Made by a program: the position numbers and the translations under genes. This document shows, in pieces, positions 9,520-17,392 of a stretch of DNA of 57,559 nucleotides. Under the pieces are notes generated by a model, which was not told the origin of the DNA, did not search any database, and saw nothing but the letters and a program-made list of their open reading frames with translations. Source of the stretch: an uncultured Fibrobacter sp. (GTDB lineage: Bacteria > Fibrobacterota > Fibrobacteria > Fibrobacterales > Fibrobacteraceae); contig CAMIWK010000001.1 of the NCBI GenBank assembly GCA_946402415.1, forward strand, positions 1 to 57,559. Reading direction: 5' to 3'. The first letter of the stretch is position 1. Each line of letters begins with the position of its first letter.

Positions 9520-12240
9520 ATGAACATTCCGACTTTTATTGCCATCGATCTGGAAACTACGGGCCTTGAATTTGACAAGGACGAAATCATCGAAGTGGCC
9601 CTGATGCGCTTTCAGGACGGGAACCCTGCAGAGTCCCTGGATTACTTGGTACGTCCGGCATCCGTGAAGCTCCGCCCCTTTATCGAGAGTCTTACGGGAA
9701 TCTCCCAGAAGGAACTGGATGAGTCCGAAGACTTTGCTGCCCTTGCCGGAAAGATACGCAGCTTTATCGGCGATAGCCCCATTGTGGCCCACAATGCCAG
9801 TTTTGACGCCCGCTTTTTGAAAAGTGCATTTGCAAAAGTCGGTATTGATTTTGAGAACCACCCTGTATGGGATTCCCTGACCCTTTCGAGAATCGCCTTC
9901 CAGGACGTTCCCAACCATCGCCTGGATACGCTGGTGGCATCCCTCGGGATTGAGCACAGCCGCGCCCACCGGGCGCTCCCCGATGCCGAGGCCTGTGGCA
10001 AGCTTTTCGTGAAGGCCTTCGAGAAGATTGCGTCTATGGATTCCTGGCTTATGAATGCCCTTACCAAAGTCAGCGCCGAGACTCATTGGGAGCGTCTCTT
10101 TGGATCTGCCGCCGGTACTGCAGAATTTTCTCCGTCTTACAAGATTCCCGAGGTTTCTGGTGAACAGGGAGTGCCTTTACCAGCGAGTGGTAGGCGTGTC
10201 TCCGAATTTTTTGACGAGGGCGGATTGCTTTCCAAGCAGATTCCGGAATTCACTTACCGCAAGAACCAGGCGGAATACGCTTCCATCGCCGAACGCAATA
10301 TGTACAAGGGTGGTCTCTGCGTTATAGAGGCGCCGACAGGGTCTGGAAAGTCTATGGCCTACTTGATTGCCGCCGCCAACAAGGCGGTGGCGGGCGAGCG
10401 TGTGGTTATCAGTACCGCTACCCGTGCACTCCAGGAACAGCTCTGGAATCACGACATCCCGCAGATAGAGCCTTTGTTTGACGGCAAGTTGAAGGTGGCT
10501 ATCCTGAAGGGGCGCGACAATTATTTGTGCCTTCGCAAGTTCGAGCAGCTTCTGGAATGCTCCGCCGGTCTTTTGCAGAATGAGGAGCGGGATTCCTTTA
10601 TGGCGTTGCTCCCCTGGGTAGAACAGACCGCTACCGGCGACATCAACGAATGTACCTCCTTCAACCACAACCGCAATCGCGTACTATGGTCCAAGCTTTC
10701 TAGCAGTGCCTCTACCTGCGAAGGTGAAAAGTGCATCCATTACGCCCACTGCCCCGCCATGGTGGCGAAGCGTCGCGCAGCCGCCTCCAACATGCTGCTG
10801 GTGAACCACGCCTTGTTCATGGCAGACCTGAAGCTGGATTTCGCCCTGTTGCCCACTTACGAGCATATCGTCTTTGACGAAGCCCACAGGCTCCCGGAAG
10901 TCAGCAACCAGGCCCAGGGCCGGTTGGTATCCTTCTTTGGTTACAGGAACATTGCAAAGACTCTGGTGCCTTCGCGTACGCGCAAGGACGGCCTTATCGC
11001 CGAAATAGAAAGCCGTATTCCTGCCGAAGAGACTGCGCTGATTGACGCCTGCGAAGAACTGATCAACGCTTTGAACGAAACGGAAAAATGCCTGCACCGC
11101 CTCTTCATGAAGATAGGTAAGCGCATAGGCAAACTCAAGACAGATAAGACTGGCCTTATCTACAGGAACGGGATTCTGGCAGAATATGATGCTGACCCCA
11201 AGCCTTTTGTGGATCAGTTCCTGGTATCAAAGGCCCAGGCTGATAAGCTGTTTGATTCCCTTGCAGCAGTTCCTGCGACAAAGGGCCTGGTGAAAGATGC
11301 CCGCGGCGCCATGGAAGACCTGTCCCGCTTTATGTCGGATTTTGAATTCCTGGTGAAGGCAGGCCGAAACGATTGGGTGTTCTATCTGGAAGAACCGTTC
11401 AATCCGCATACGCTTAAGATGCACGCTTACCCGCTCCATTCCGGCGATACCTGGAAAGAGAAGTTCTACCCTTGGATCAAGTCGGCCCTGTTCACTTCGG
11501 CCACCTTGGCAGTTCAGGGTGATCTTTCTTACTTCGTTCAGAAGATGGGCATGAGCATGGATTCTCCCAAGAAGCGCCCCTTCTTGAAGGTGTTCCCGGA
11601 TACCTCTGCAATGGAGTCCCGCAGTTCCGTGATGGTGGCGAAGTTCCTGCCCAAGCCTTCCGCCCAAGAATTCGGCAATGCCCTGAATGAAACCTTGTTG
11701 CAACTTTTGCCGACGGTGGAAGAAAATACGTTGGTGCTCTTTACCAGTGTAGCCACTATGATGAAGGCCCAGGCTGTACTGGCCCCTGTTTTCGCTGAGA
11801 AGAACAAGCTTCTTTTGTGCCAGCATGTAGACGGTTCTTTAGACGGTCTTGTATCGATGTTCCGCAAGTCCAGGGGCGCGTGCCTGTTTGGTTGTCAGAC
11901 TCTGTGGGAAGGTGTAGATTTCCCGGGAGATGCACTGAAGCTTCTGGTGATTACCAAGCTTCCGTTCCCCAACCCCTCTGACCCTCTGGTGGCCGGAATT
12001 TCTGCCGATATGAAGGCCAGGGGTGAGAATACCTTCAAAAATTATTTTGTTCCCGAAGCCTATATGGAACTCCGTCAAGGACTTGGCCGTCTTATCCGCA
12101 CTGAATCTGATTCCGGAAAGATTGTGATTCTCGATAATCGTGTGGTGAACGAGGCCTACGGAAAGACCTTCATGCGTATCTGGAACAACAAGCAGCAGGT
12201 GGCGTCGTCTATTGATGATATCACCGCATTTGTTTCTTAA
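9520..12240 (+). CDS. dinG: DinG-family helicase with N-terminal DnaQ-like 3'-5' exonuclease
   Basis: DEDDh motifs DLETTG, HNASFD, HRALPDA; Walker A EAPTGSGKS; Fe-S cysteines (YLC...CEGEKCIHYAHC); DEAH; WEGVDFPG; QGLGRLIR. Confidence 0.93.
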   Translation: MNIPTFIAIDLETTGLEFDKDEIIEVALMRFQDGNPAESLDYLVRPASVKLRPFIESLTGISQKELDESEDFAALAGKIRSFIGDSPIVAHNASFDARFLKSAFAKVGIDFENHPVWDSLTLSRIAFQDVPNHRLDTLVASLGIEHSRAHRALPDAEACGKLFVKAFEKIASMDSWLMNALTKVSAETHWERLFGSAAGTAEFSPSYKIPEVSGEQGVPLPASGRRVSEFFDEGGLLSKQIPEFTYRKNQAEYASIAERNMYKGGLCVIEAPTGSGKSMAYLIAAANKAVAGERVVISTATRALQEQLWNHDIPQIEPLFDGKLKVAILKGRDNYLCLRKFEQLLECSAGLLQNEERDSFMALLPWVEQTATGDINECTSFNHNRNRVLWSKLSSSASTCEGEKCIHYAHCPAMVAKRRAAASNMLLVNHALFMADLKLDFALLPTYEHIVFDEAHRLPEVSNQAQGRLVSFFGYRNIAKTLVPSRTRKDGLIAEIESRIPAEETALIDACEELINALNETEKCLHRLFMKIGKRIGKLKTDKTGLIYRNGILAEYDADPKPFVDQFLVSKAQADKLFDSLAAVPATKGLVKDARGAMEDLSRFMSDFEFLVKAGRNDWVFYLEEPFNPHTLKMHAYPLHSGDTWKEKFYPWIKSALFTSATLAVQGDLSYFVQKMGMSMDSPKKRPFLKVFPDTSAMESRSSVMVAKFLPKPSAQEFGNALNETLLQLLPTVEENTLVLFTSVATMMKAQAVLAPVFAEKNKLLLCQHVDGSLDGLVSMFRKSRGACLFGCQTLWEGVDFPGDALKLLVITKLPFPNPSDPLVAGISADMKARGENTFKNYFVPEAYMELRQGLGRLIRTESDSGKIVILDNRVVNEAYGKTFMRIWNNKQQVASSIDDITAFVS

Positions 12241-12295
12241 TTGACGTGAAATAATTTTTTTGCTAAATTTGCATCCCTATTTGAGGGGATGCGCT

Positions 12296-14191
12296 ATGAT
12301 GAATTTGGCTGTATTTTTTGATGGGATGTCCAAGCCTATGTTGCGTGATGTTCACGCTATGGCCTATGGCAAGAAAGGCTTGTTGAACAATGCCCTGATA
12401 CAGTCTGAAGTCTTGTCTTTTTATTCTGACCACGAACGTTTACAGGCCCTCCGCCAAAAGCTGGAACCCTGGCAACGTCATTGCCTAGACTTGATATACC
12501 TGAGTGGTTCCCGGGGATTGTCCTATAACGAACTACGGCTTTCGGTGCCTGCGGCCAAGAGCGCCGAGCTCCAGAAGTTTCTGGTATCCCTTTGCCGTCA
12601 GTTCTTGGTGTGGCGTTCTTCTACGGCCAATACTGTGGTCTATTACGGTTTTCGGGATTTTGAGGAATGCGTCAAGTTCATTCCCGAACCGGTAGATCCG
12701 TCTAAGGGTACGCATGTAGGTTACAGCACCTTGTTGGATTGGCATATCTGTAAGGTGTTGGGGCTTGCCCAGAGAGGTGAGCTGAAGATTAATGGTAACG
12801 GCACGTTGCACCGTCGCGGTAGGCAGCTTTGTCTGGATTCCTTTACGTCGGCCTCCAAACTGTGGACCAATGCCGCTGAAACGGAACTGGTTTTGATTTT
12901 CAGTTTCTTGACTCAGAACCACTGGCTAGAACTGGTGGGCACGAACTTGTACCCATCGGCCAAGGCGTTGGAATTTTTGAAGAAGAATAGTTTCCGCCTG
13001 CATCAAGATGTTCTGTCCTGGTGGCTTTGCGCTCGCTTCCAGAAAGACCGCAGACTCTGTAAGAGCATTTTCAAGAATCTTTCCACGATTACATCTATTC
13101 AAGACGCCACTCAGATTTTTTGGGTGCTGGACCCTACTTTCCGCATCCTCGACAAGACTAGTCACTTGGGCTGGGATAACTTGCCCAGACCATTGAAAGA
13201 GGCTTGGCTCCTTGGACTTGTGGATTTTACCCTTTCTGAGCAGAAGGGCTTGCATAAGGTGGCTCAGGTGGCGCTGAACGCAAGTGGCTTGGAATGGCTG
13301 GAATCTTCTGTGATGCCTATACCCGAAGCTTCTGTTTCTGTGCTTCCCAACTTCGACATTGTGGCTTCTGTAGGCACGTCGCCAAGAATCTTGTTTGTGC
13401 TTTCGACCCTTGCTACCTCCAAGAACGATGAGACCTTCCTCTGCTTTAACCTGGACAAGGAGACATACCTATCTGGGCTCCGGAGCGGGTTCCCCGAATC
13501 GGAGATAGAGCATTTCCGCAATTGCGTCAAGACTCCGGAGAATGTTTCCTCTACATTGGATGAATGGAACGGTTCCTTCTACGGGGCTCGTATTCGTACG
13601 GTGCGCCTGCTGAAAATAGATGATGCGAAGGCGTTGGGTGAACTTTCGGCTTTCCCCCAGTTTATGGAAAGCGTAGAAGAATTCATCCCCGGGTATGGTT
13701 TCTTGATTAAGCCGGAACAAGAGGCCAATGTGTTTAGCATTCTGGAAAGCTTCGGTTTTTGTCCCAATGCTTCCCGTATGTCGGAAGGCGGAGCGAAAGC
13801 CCCTGTGGAAGAATGGCGCAAGGATTTTTCCATTCCACATTACGAGACGGGCATTCCGGATTACGAGCTTCGGTGTGGCCAGGATGAATCATCCTTGCAG
13901 TCATCGCTGGATGCCACCAAGTACGGGAGCCTTTATCGCAAGCTGGATACCTTCGACCTGGTGAAGGTCCTACGTTACGCGAAGATGACGGGAACCATAC
14001 TGGGAGCCCAGGTGAAGGACCCGGGCAAGCGTTCTGACAAGATGAGGGAAATCACCTTCTATGTTCATTCCCTGCATTTGTCCAAGCCGCCCTTCAATGC
14101 GGAAATCCAGGAAGTGGGCAGTGAGACTGGCCACCCCTTGCTTCTTTCCTTTATTCAAGAAGTCAAGGTTATGCAGAAAAAGTCGGTGTAG
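12296..14191 (+). CDS. Helicase-associated (XPB-binding, Helicase_C_3-like) domain protein, possibly with a C-terminal WYL-like domain
   Basis: NGTLHRR, VLPNFDIV, LDKETYLSGLRSG, VSSTLDEW...G..RI pattern. No Walker motifs. ATG at 12296 follows GAGGGG. Confidence 0.6.
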   Translation: MMNLAVFFDGMSKPMLRDVHAMAYGKKGLLNNALIQSEVLSFYSDHERLQALRQKLEPWQRHCLDLIYLSGSRGLSYNELRLSVPAAKSAELQKFLVSLCRQFLVWRSSTANTVVYYGFRDFEECVKFIPEPVDPSKGTHVGYSTLLDWHICKVLGLAQRGELKINGNGTLHRRGRQLCLDSFTSASKLWTNAAETELVLIFSFLTQNHWLELVGTNLYPSAKALEFLKKNSFRLHQDVLSWWLCARFQKDRRLCKSIFKNLSTITSIQDATQIFWVLDPTFRILDKTSHLGWDNLPRPLKEAWLLGLVDFTLSEQKGLHKVAQVALNASGLEWLESSVMPIPEASVSVLPNFDIVASVGTSPRILFVLSTLATSKNDETFLCFNLDKETYLSGLRSGFPESEIEHFRNCVKTPENVSSTLDEWNGSFYGARIRTVRLLKIDDAKALGELSAFPQFMESVEEFIPGYGFLIKPEQEANVFSILESFGFCPNASRMSEGGAKAPVEEWRKDFSIPHYETGIPDYELRCGQDESSLQSSLDATKYGSLYRKLDTFDLVKVLRYAKMTGTILGAQVKDPGKRSDKMREITFYVHSLHLSKPPFNAEIQEVGSETGHPLLLSFIQEVKVMQKKSV

Positions 14192-14209
14192 TTTCTGGAT
14201 TGCTACCGG

Positions 14210-14656
14210 CTAGGGTAGCGTCTGGGCGTAGCCCGCTATATCCACCATTTCATCCAGCTCGATTTCGTCGTAGAAGGGATTCATACCTTCGCGGCTGTCA
14301 TCGCCAAAGTTCATCTGGTACCAGAACGTGGGCATATCTTCGCGGGCTCTTTTTCCTAGGTAGGTTGGCCTTGCTTCCGTAGGGGTAAAGTCGACCCGCA
14401 TGCCGTCTGTGCCATGGCAGCCCCTGCAATTCTGGTAGAAAAGTTTCTCGCCCCGCTCCAGGTTGGCTCCCTTTATCTTTCCGTCCTTGTCTAAAAGTTT
14501 GTAGACCAGGTAGGCCATACGCTTGTCCACCTTGGTGAGGGTGTCCCCTTCGGAACCTGGGGCCGGCGCGTTTCCGGCGGGTATGGAATCGCCAAAGGCT
14601 AGGCCATAGCCTGCAAGAAAAAGAGCAATCCACAAAACCCGAAACTGGCGGAGCAT
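14210..14656 (-). CDS. Monoheme c-type cytochrome
   Basis: Signal peptide from ATG 14656; GEKLFYQNCRGCHGTDG (CxxCH); distal GMNPF; C-terminal helix DIAGYAQTL. Confidence 0.85.
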   Translation of the reverse strand: MLRQFRVLWIALFLAGYGLAFGDSIPAGNAPAPGSEGDTLTKVDKRMAYLVYKLLDKDGKIKGANLERGEKLFYQNCRGCHGTDGMRVDFTPTEARPTYLGKRAREDMPTFWYQMNFGDDSREGMNPFYDEIELDEMVDIAGYAQTLP

Positions 14657-14672
14657 ATTGGGAATATAGATA

Positions 14673-14707
14673 AATGTGAGGTGTGGGGTGTGGAATGTGA
14701 AGTGTGA
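14673..14707. repeat. Five tandem heptamers, consensus RRTGTGR
   Basis: AATGTGA GGTGTGG GGTGTGG AATGTGA AGTGTGA, read directly. Confidence 0.8.
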
Positions 14708-14713
14708 TAGGAA

Positions 14714-14832
14714 CGTCATCCTGGAGGGGTGTAACCCCGACGGGATCCATATACTGTTCTGTTAACAGATGTTCGCCTGTGCGAACATGACGGGATGTCT
14801 TTCCTTCGTCATTCTCGCGAAGGCGAGAATCT
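14714..14832. repeat. Cluster of three CGTC-tagged REP-like palindromes
   Basis: 14714-14748 (+) CGTC-ATCCTG..GGGGT-GTA-ACCCC..CGGGAT-CC; 14767-14792 (-) CGTC-ATGTTCGC-ACAG-GCGAACAT-CT; 14807-14832 (+) CGTC-ATTCTCGC-GAAG-GCGAGAAT-CT. Confidence 0.85.
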
Positions 14833-14894
14833 ATATGTTCTTTACATCCTATTCTTCGTTTATCTGTAAATATGTGTATATTTCTAATCGACAC

Positions 14895-15971
14895 ATGACT
14901 ATAAAATACGCACATTTTGCCACTGCCCTGCTTTTGGTGTTCGGCTTTTTCACCTTCTCTTTTGGAGGTCCTATGAACCATCCACTCCTTGAAAACGTTC
15001 TCTTGACTGGCCGCTGGCAGGTTACCCCCCAGGCGCTTATGGCCAGCGCTCCCGGAGTTATGGTCCAGTTTACCGCTACCACGTCGGAGCTGTCCTTTGA
15101 CCTAGAAGGGGAGGCACGTTACCGTCTGGATATCGATGGCAAGGAGTCCGAGCAGTTCACTATCGATGCCCGTGAGACTCACAAGGTAAAGGTCGTAGGC
15201 GACGGAGCCCACCAGTTCCGCTTGATAAAGATTAGCGAGTCCAACCCTGGTAAAGTCACTCTCTACGGTATCGGTCTAGGCAAGGGTGGCAAGTTCGGAC
15301 CCAAACCCAAGGCGTCCAACCGCCGTATCGAGTTTATCGGCGATTCTTTTAGCGTGGGCTATGGAAATATGGCGAATGGTCCCGAAGATGGAACGGTTTT
15401 TGAAAAGACGGACGCTTCCCGTGGTTACGCCTTTTTGCTGGCGGACGGTTACAAGGCTGATTTTCAGATTAACGCGGTAAGCGGGCGCGGCCTTGTCCGT
15501 AATTACGATTGGATTGTCCCCGACTGGACCCTGAGCACCCTTTACGACTACACGCTTTTTGGCGTCATGGAGCTGGGAGAAAAGTCTGAACTTTGGAATT
15601 TTGAGTCTTTTCACCCCCAGGTTATCGTGATTTTTGTGGGTATCAACGATTTTCAGGGTAACCCGCCTCATGCGGACCCGACCGCATTCAAGACTGCCTA
15701 TGCCACTTTGCTAGACAAGCTTCGCAAGTTGCACCCGGGTGTGAAGTTCCTGCTGGTTTCTACCAAGACCTGGCCTGACGATTCCATGACTCCTGCTGTG
15801 CAGCAGGTTTTTGAAGACCAGAAGGCCAAGGGGTTCAAGGATTTGGAATACAAGCTGGTCATGACAGAGAATACCGCCCTCCATGGTCACCCCTCGGCTC
15901 ATTCCCAAGAAGAGCTGGCTCAGACTTTGAGGTTTACTGTGGGCCGATTGGGAGGCTTTTTGAGTCGGTAA
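14895..15971 (+). CDS. SGNH/GDSL esterase, carbohydrate esterase family 2-like
   Basis: Signal peptide from ATG 14895; N-terminal beta domain; IEFIGDSFSVGYG, AVSGRG, GINDF, HGHP. Confidence 0.85.
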   Translation: MTIKYAHFATALLLVFGFFTFSFGGPMNHPLLENVLLTGRWQVTPQALMASAPGVMVQFTATTSELSFDLEGEARYRLDIDGKESEQFTIDARETHKVKVVGDGAHQFRLIKISESNPGKVTLYGIGLGKGGKFGPKPKASNRRIEFIGDSFSVGYGNMANGPEDGTVFEKTDASRGYAFLLADGYKADFQINAVSGRGLVRNYDWIVPDWTLSTLYDYTLFGVMELGEKSELWNFESFHPQVIVIFVGINDFQGNPPHADPTAFKTAYATLLDKLRKLHPGVKFLLVSTKTWPDDSMTPAVQQVFEDQKAKGFKDLEYKLVMTENTALHGHPSAHSQEELAQTLRFTVGRLGGFLSR

Positions 15972-16031
15972 ATAATTCTTTGCGGGATAGTTTTGTATTA
16001 TTTTTCCAATAGGATTAATGGTGTTTTGTAA

Positions 16032-17369
16032 ATGTCTTGGTTGATGGAAAAGATATACGCACTGTTCAGGATGAACATCCTGATTTTCGTGCTCTTGGCT
16101 GCTACGGTCATAGCCCTGACGGCTTACCAGAAAGGGTTGAATGACATTCAGTTCCTGAATTTGTCGGATTACCCCTACATTATCGCTCAGACGGATTCCA
16201 CGGATGGTGGCAATTCCGCCATCAAGCTGATGCGTACGGATTCCTCGGTAGTGGTGGATTATGAATTGCGTGAGGGGTATCCTTACCCCTATGCGGGTAT
16301 CAAGATTCTGCTGGGCGATGGCAAGACCAAGGGTTGGGATCTTTCCCATTACGATAGCGTTTTCGTGTGGGTAAAGCCCCGTGGCGAGGGAACGGTACGC
16401 CTGTACCTTCGCACCTACGACGCCTCATTCTACCGTGAAGGAGATGAAGCGTCTCTGAAGTTCAACGAGGTGGAATTCTTCCCTCTAGAAGAGACCTACC
16501 CGGCGGTATTTGTCCCTCAGGAATTCCGTGTGGCTGGCTGGTGGGTAGCCCAGAACGAAATCAATGTCCACAAGGCCCGTGTCGATCTGTCCAATGTGCC
16601 CTTGATTGAAATCCAGACCGGAACTAACGCTCCGCTGGGTTATGGTACTATGGAAATCAAGGGCCTTTGCTTCAAGGGCAAGAAGATTGCGAAGCTGGAC
16701 CTAGTGACCATCATAGTCGCCATCTGGTTTGTGACATTCTTGATTATCTTGATCATCCGCTTCTTCGACTACAGTCGTGAGCGCGCTGCCAACAAGAAAA
16801 AGCGCGAGGAGCTGGAAAAGAACCTGAGAGCTCTGGAAATCGAGAAGAGCGAATACGAGAAGTCCAGCAAGGAAGACCCGTTGACGGGTTGCCTGAACCG
16901 TGCCGGCTTTAGTAGCGTGCTTATGCGCGAGCACGAGAACCTGGTAAAGAACGGTAGCCCCGTTTCCTTCGTGATTCTGGATATCGACCACTTCAAGGAT
17001 GTAAACGATACCTGGGGCCATAATGTGGGCGATGAGGTTCTTGTAAACCTCACCAAGCTTATTCAGGGCAAGATCCGTAATACCGATGCCCTAGTTCGTT
17101 GGGGTGGCGAAGAATTTGTGATCCTGTGTGGAGACACGCCTATCCAGAACGCCCAGTTCCTGGCCGAGAAGCTCCGTCATGCTATCGAGACGACCCAGCT
17201 CATTAAGCAGCAGGTGGTCACCTGTTCTTTCGGTATCGCCGAGATGGTTGCAGGCGAAGATCCCAAGCGCCTGTTCGACCGTGCCGACAAGGCCCTGTAT
17301 GCTTCTAAGCAGGGTGGCCGCAACCGCGTCACCAGCGCTACTTTCAAGAAGTCCGAGTCCAAGAACTAA
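16032..17369 (+). CDS. Membrane diguanylate cyclase with a periplasmic CBM11/CIA30-like sensor
   Basis: Two TM helices flank a beta-rich domain (DSTDGGNS, YPYAG, WDLSHYD). Coiled coil, DPLTG, DIDHFKDVND, RNTD I-site, RWGGEEF. Confidence 0.88.
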   Translation: MSWLMEKIYALFRMNILIFVLLAATVIALTAYQKGLNDIQFLNLSDYPYIIAQTDSTDGGNSAIKLMRTDSSVVVDYELREGYPYPYAGIKILLGDGKTKGWDLSHYDSVFVWVKPRGEGTVRLYLRTYDASFYREGDEASLKFNEVEFFPLEETYPAVFVPQEFRVAGWWVAQNEINVHKARVDLSNVPLIEIQTGTNAPLGYGTMEIKGLCFKGKKIAKLDLVTIIVAIWFVTFLIILIIRFFDYSRERAANKKKREELEKNLRALEIEKSEYEKSSKEDPLTGCLNRAGFSSVLMREHENLVKNGSPVSFVILDIDHFKDVNDTWGHNVGDEVLVNLTKLIQGKIRNTDALVRWGGEEFVILCGDTPIQNAQFLAEKLRHAIETTQLIKQQVVTCSFGIAEMVAGEDPKRLFDRADKALYASKQGGRNRVTSATFKKSESKN

Positions 17370-17392
17370 GTGGACTCAACAATCTGCTGTAG

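Noticed and set aside
9520-14191. DinG pair as a type IV CRISPR or anti-phage defence system
   Set aside because: No cas genes, array or other defence genes. The exonuclease-DinG fusion is a common housekeeping architecture.
14673-14832. Repeat-rich intergenic region as a CRISPR array or tRNA
   Set aside because: The repeats are non-identical hairpins in mixed orientation without regular spacers, there are no cas genes, and there is no cloverleaf.
14769-14894. N-terminal extensions given by the ORF track (also 12260, 14719, 24733, 26462, 27454, 55929)
   Set aside because: They run through REPs, promoters or neighbouring genes. The downstream ATGs give proper signal peptides and promoter spacing.
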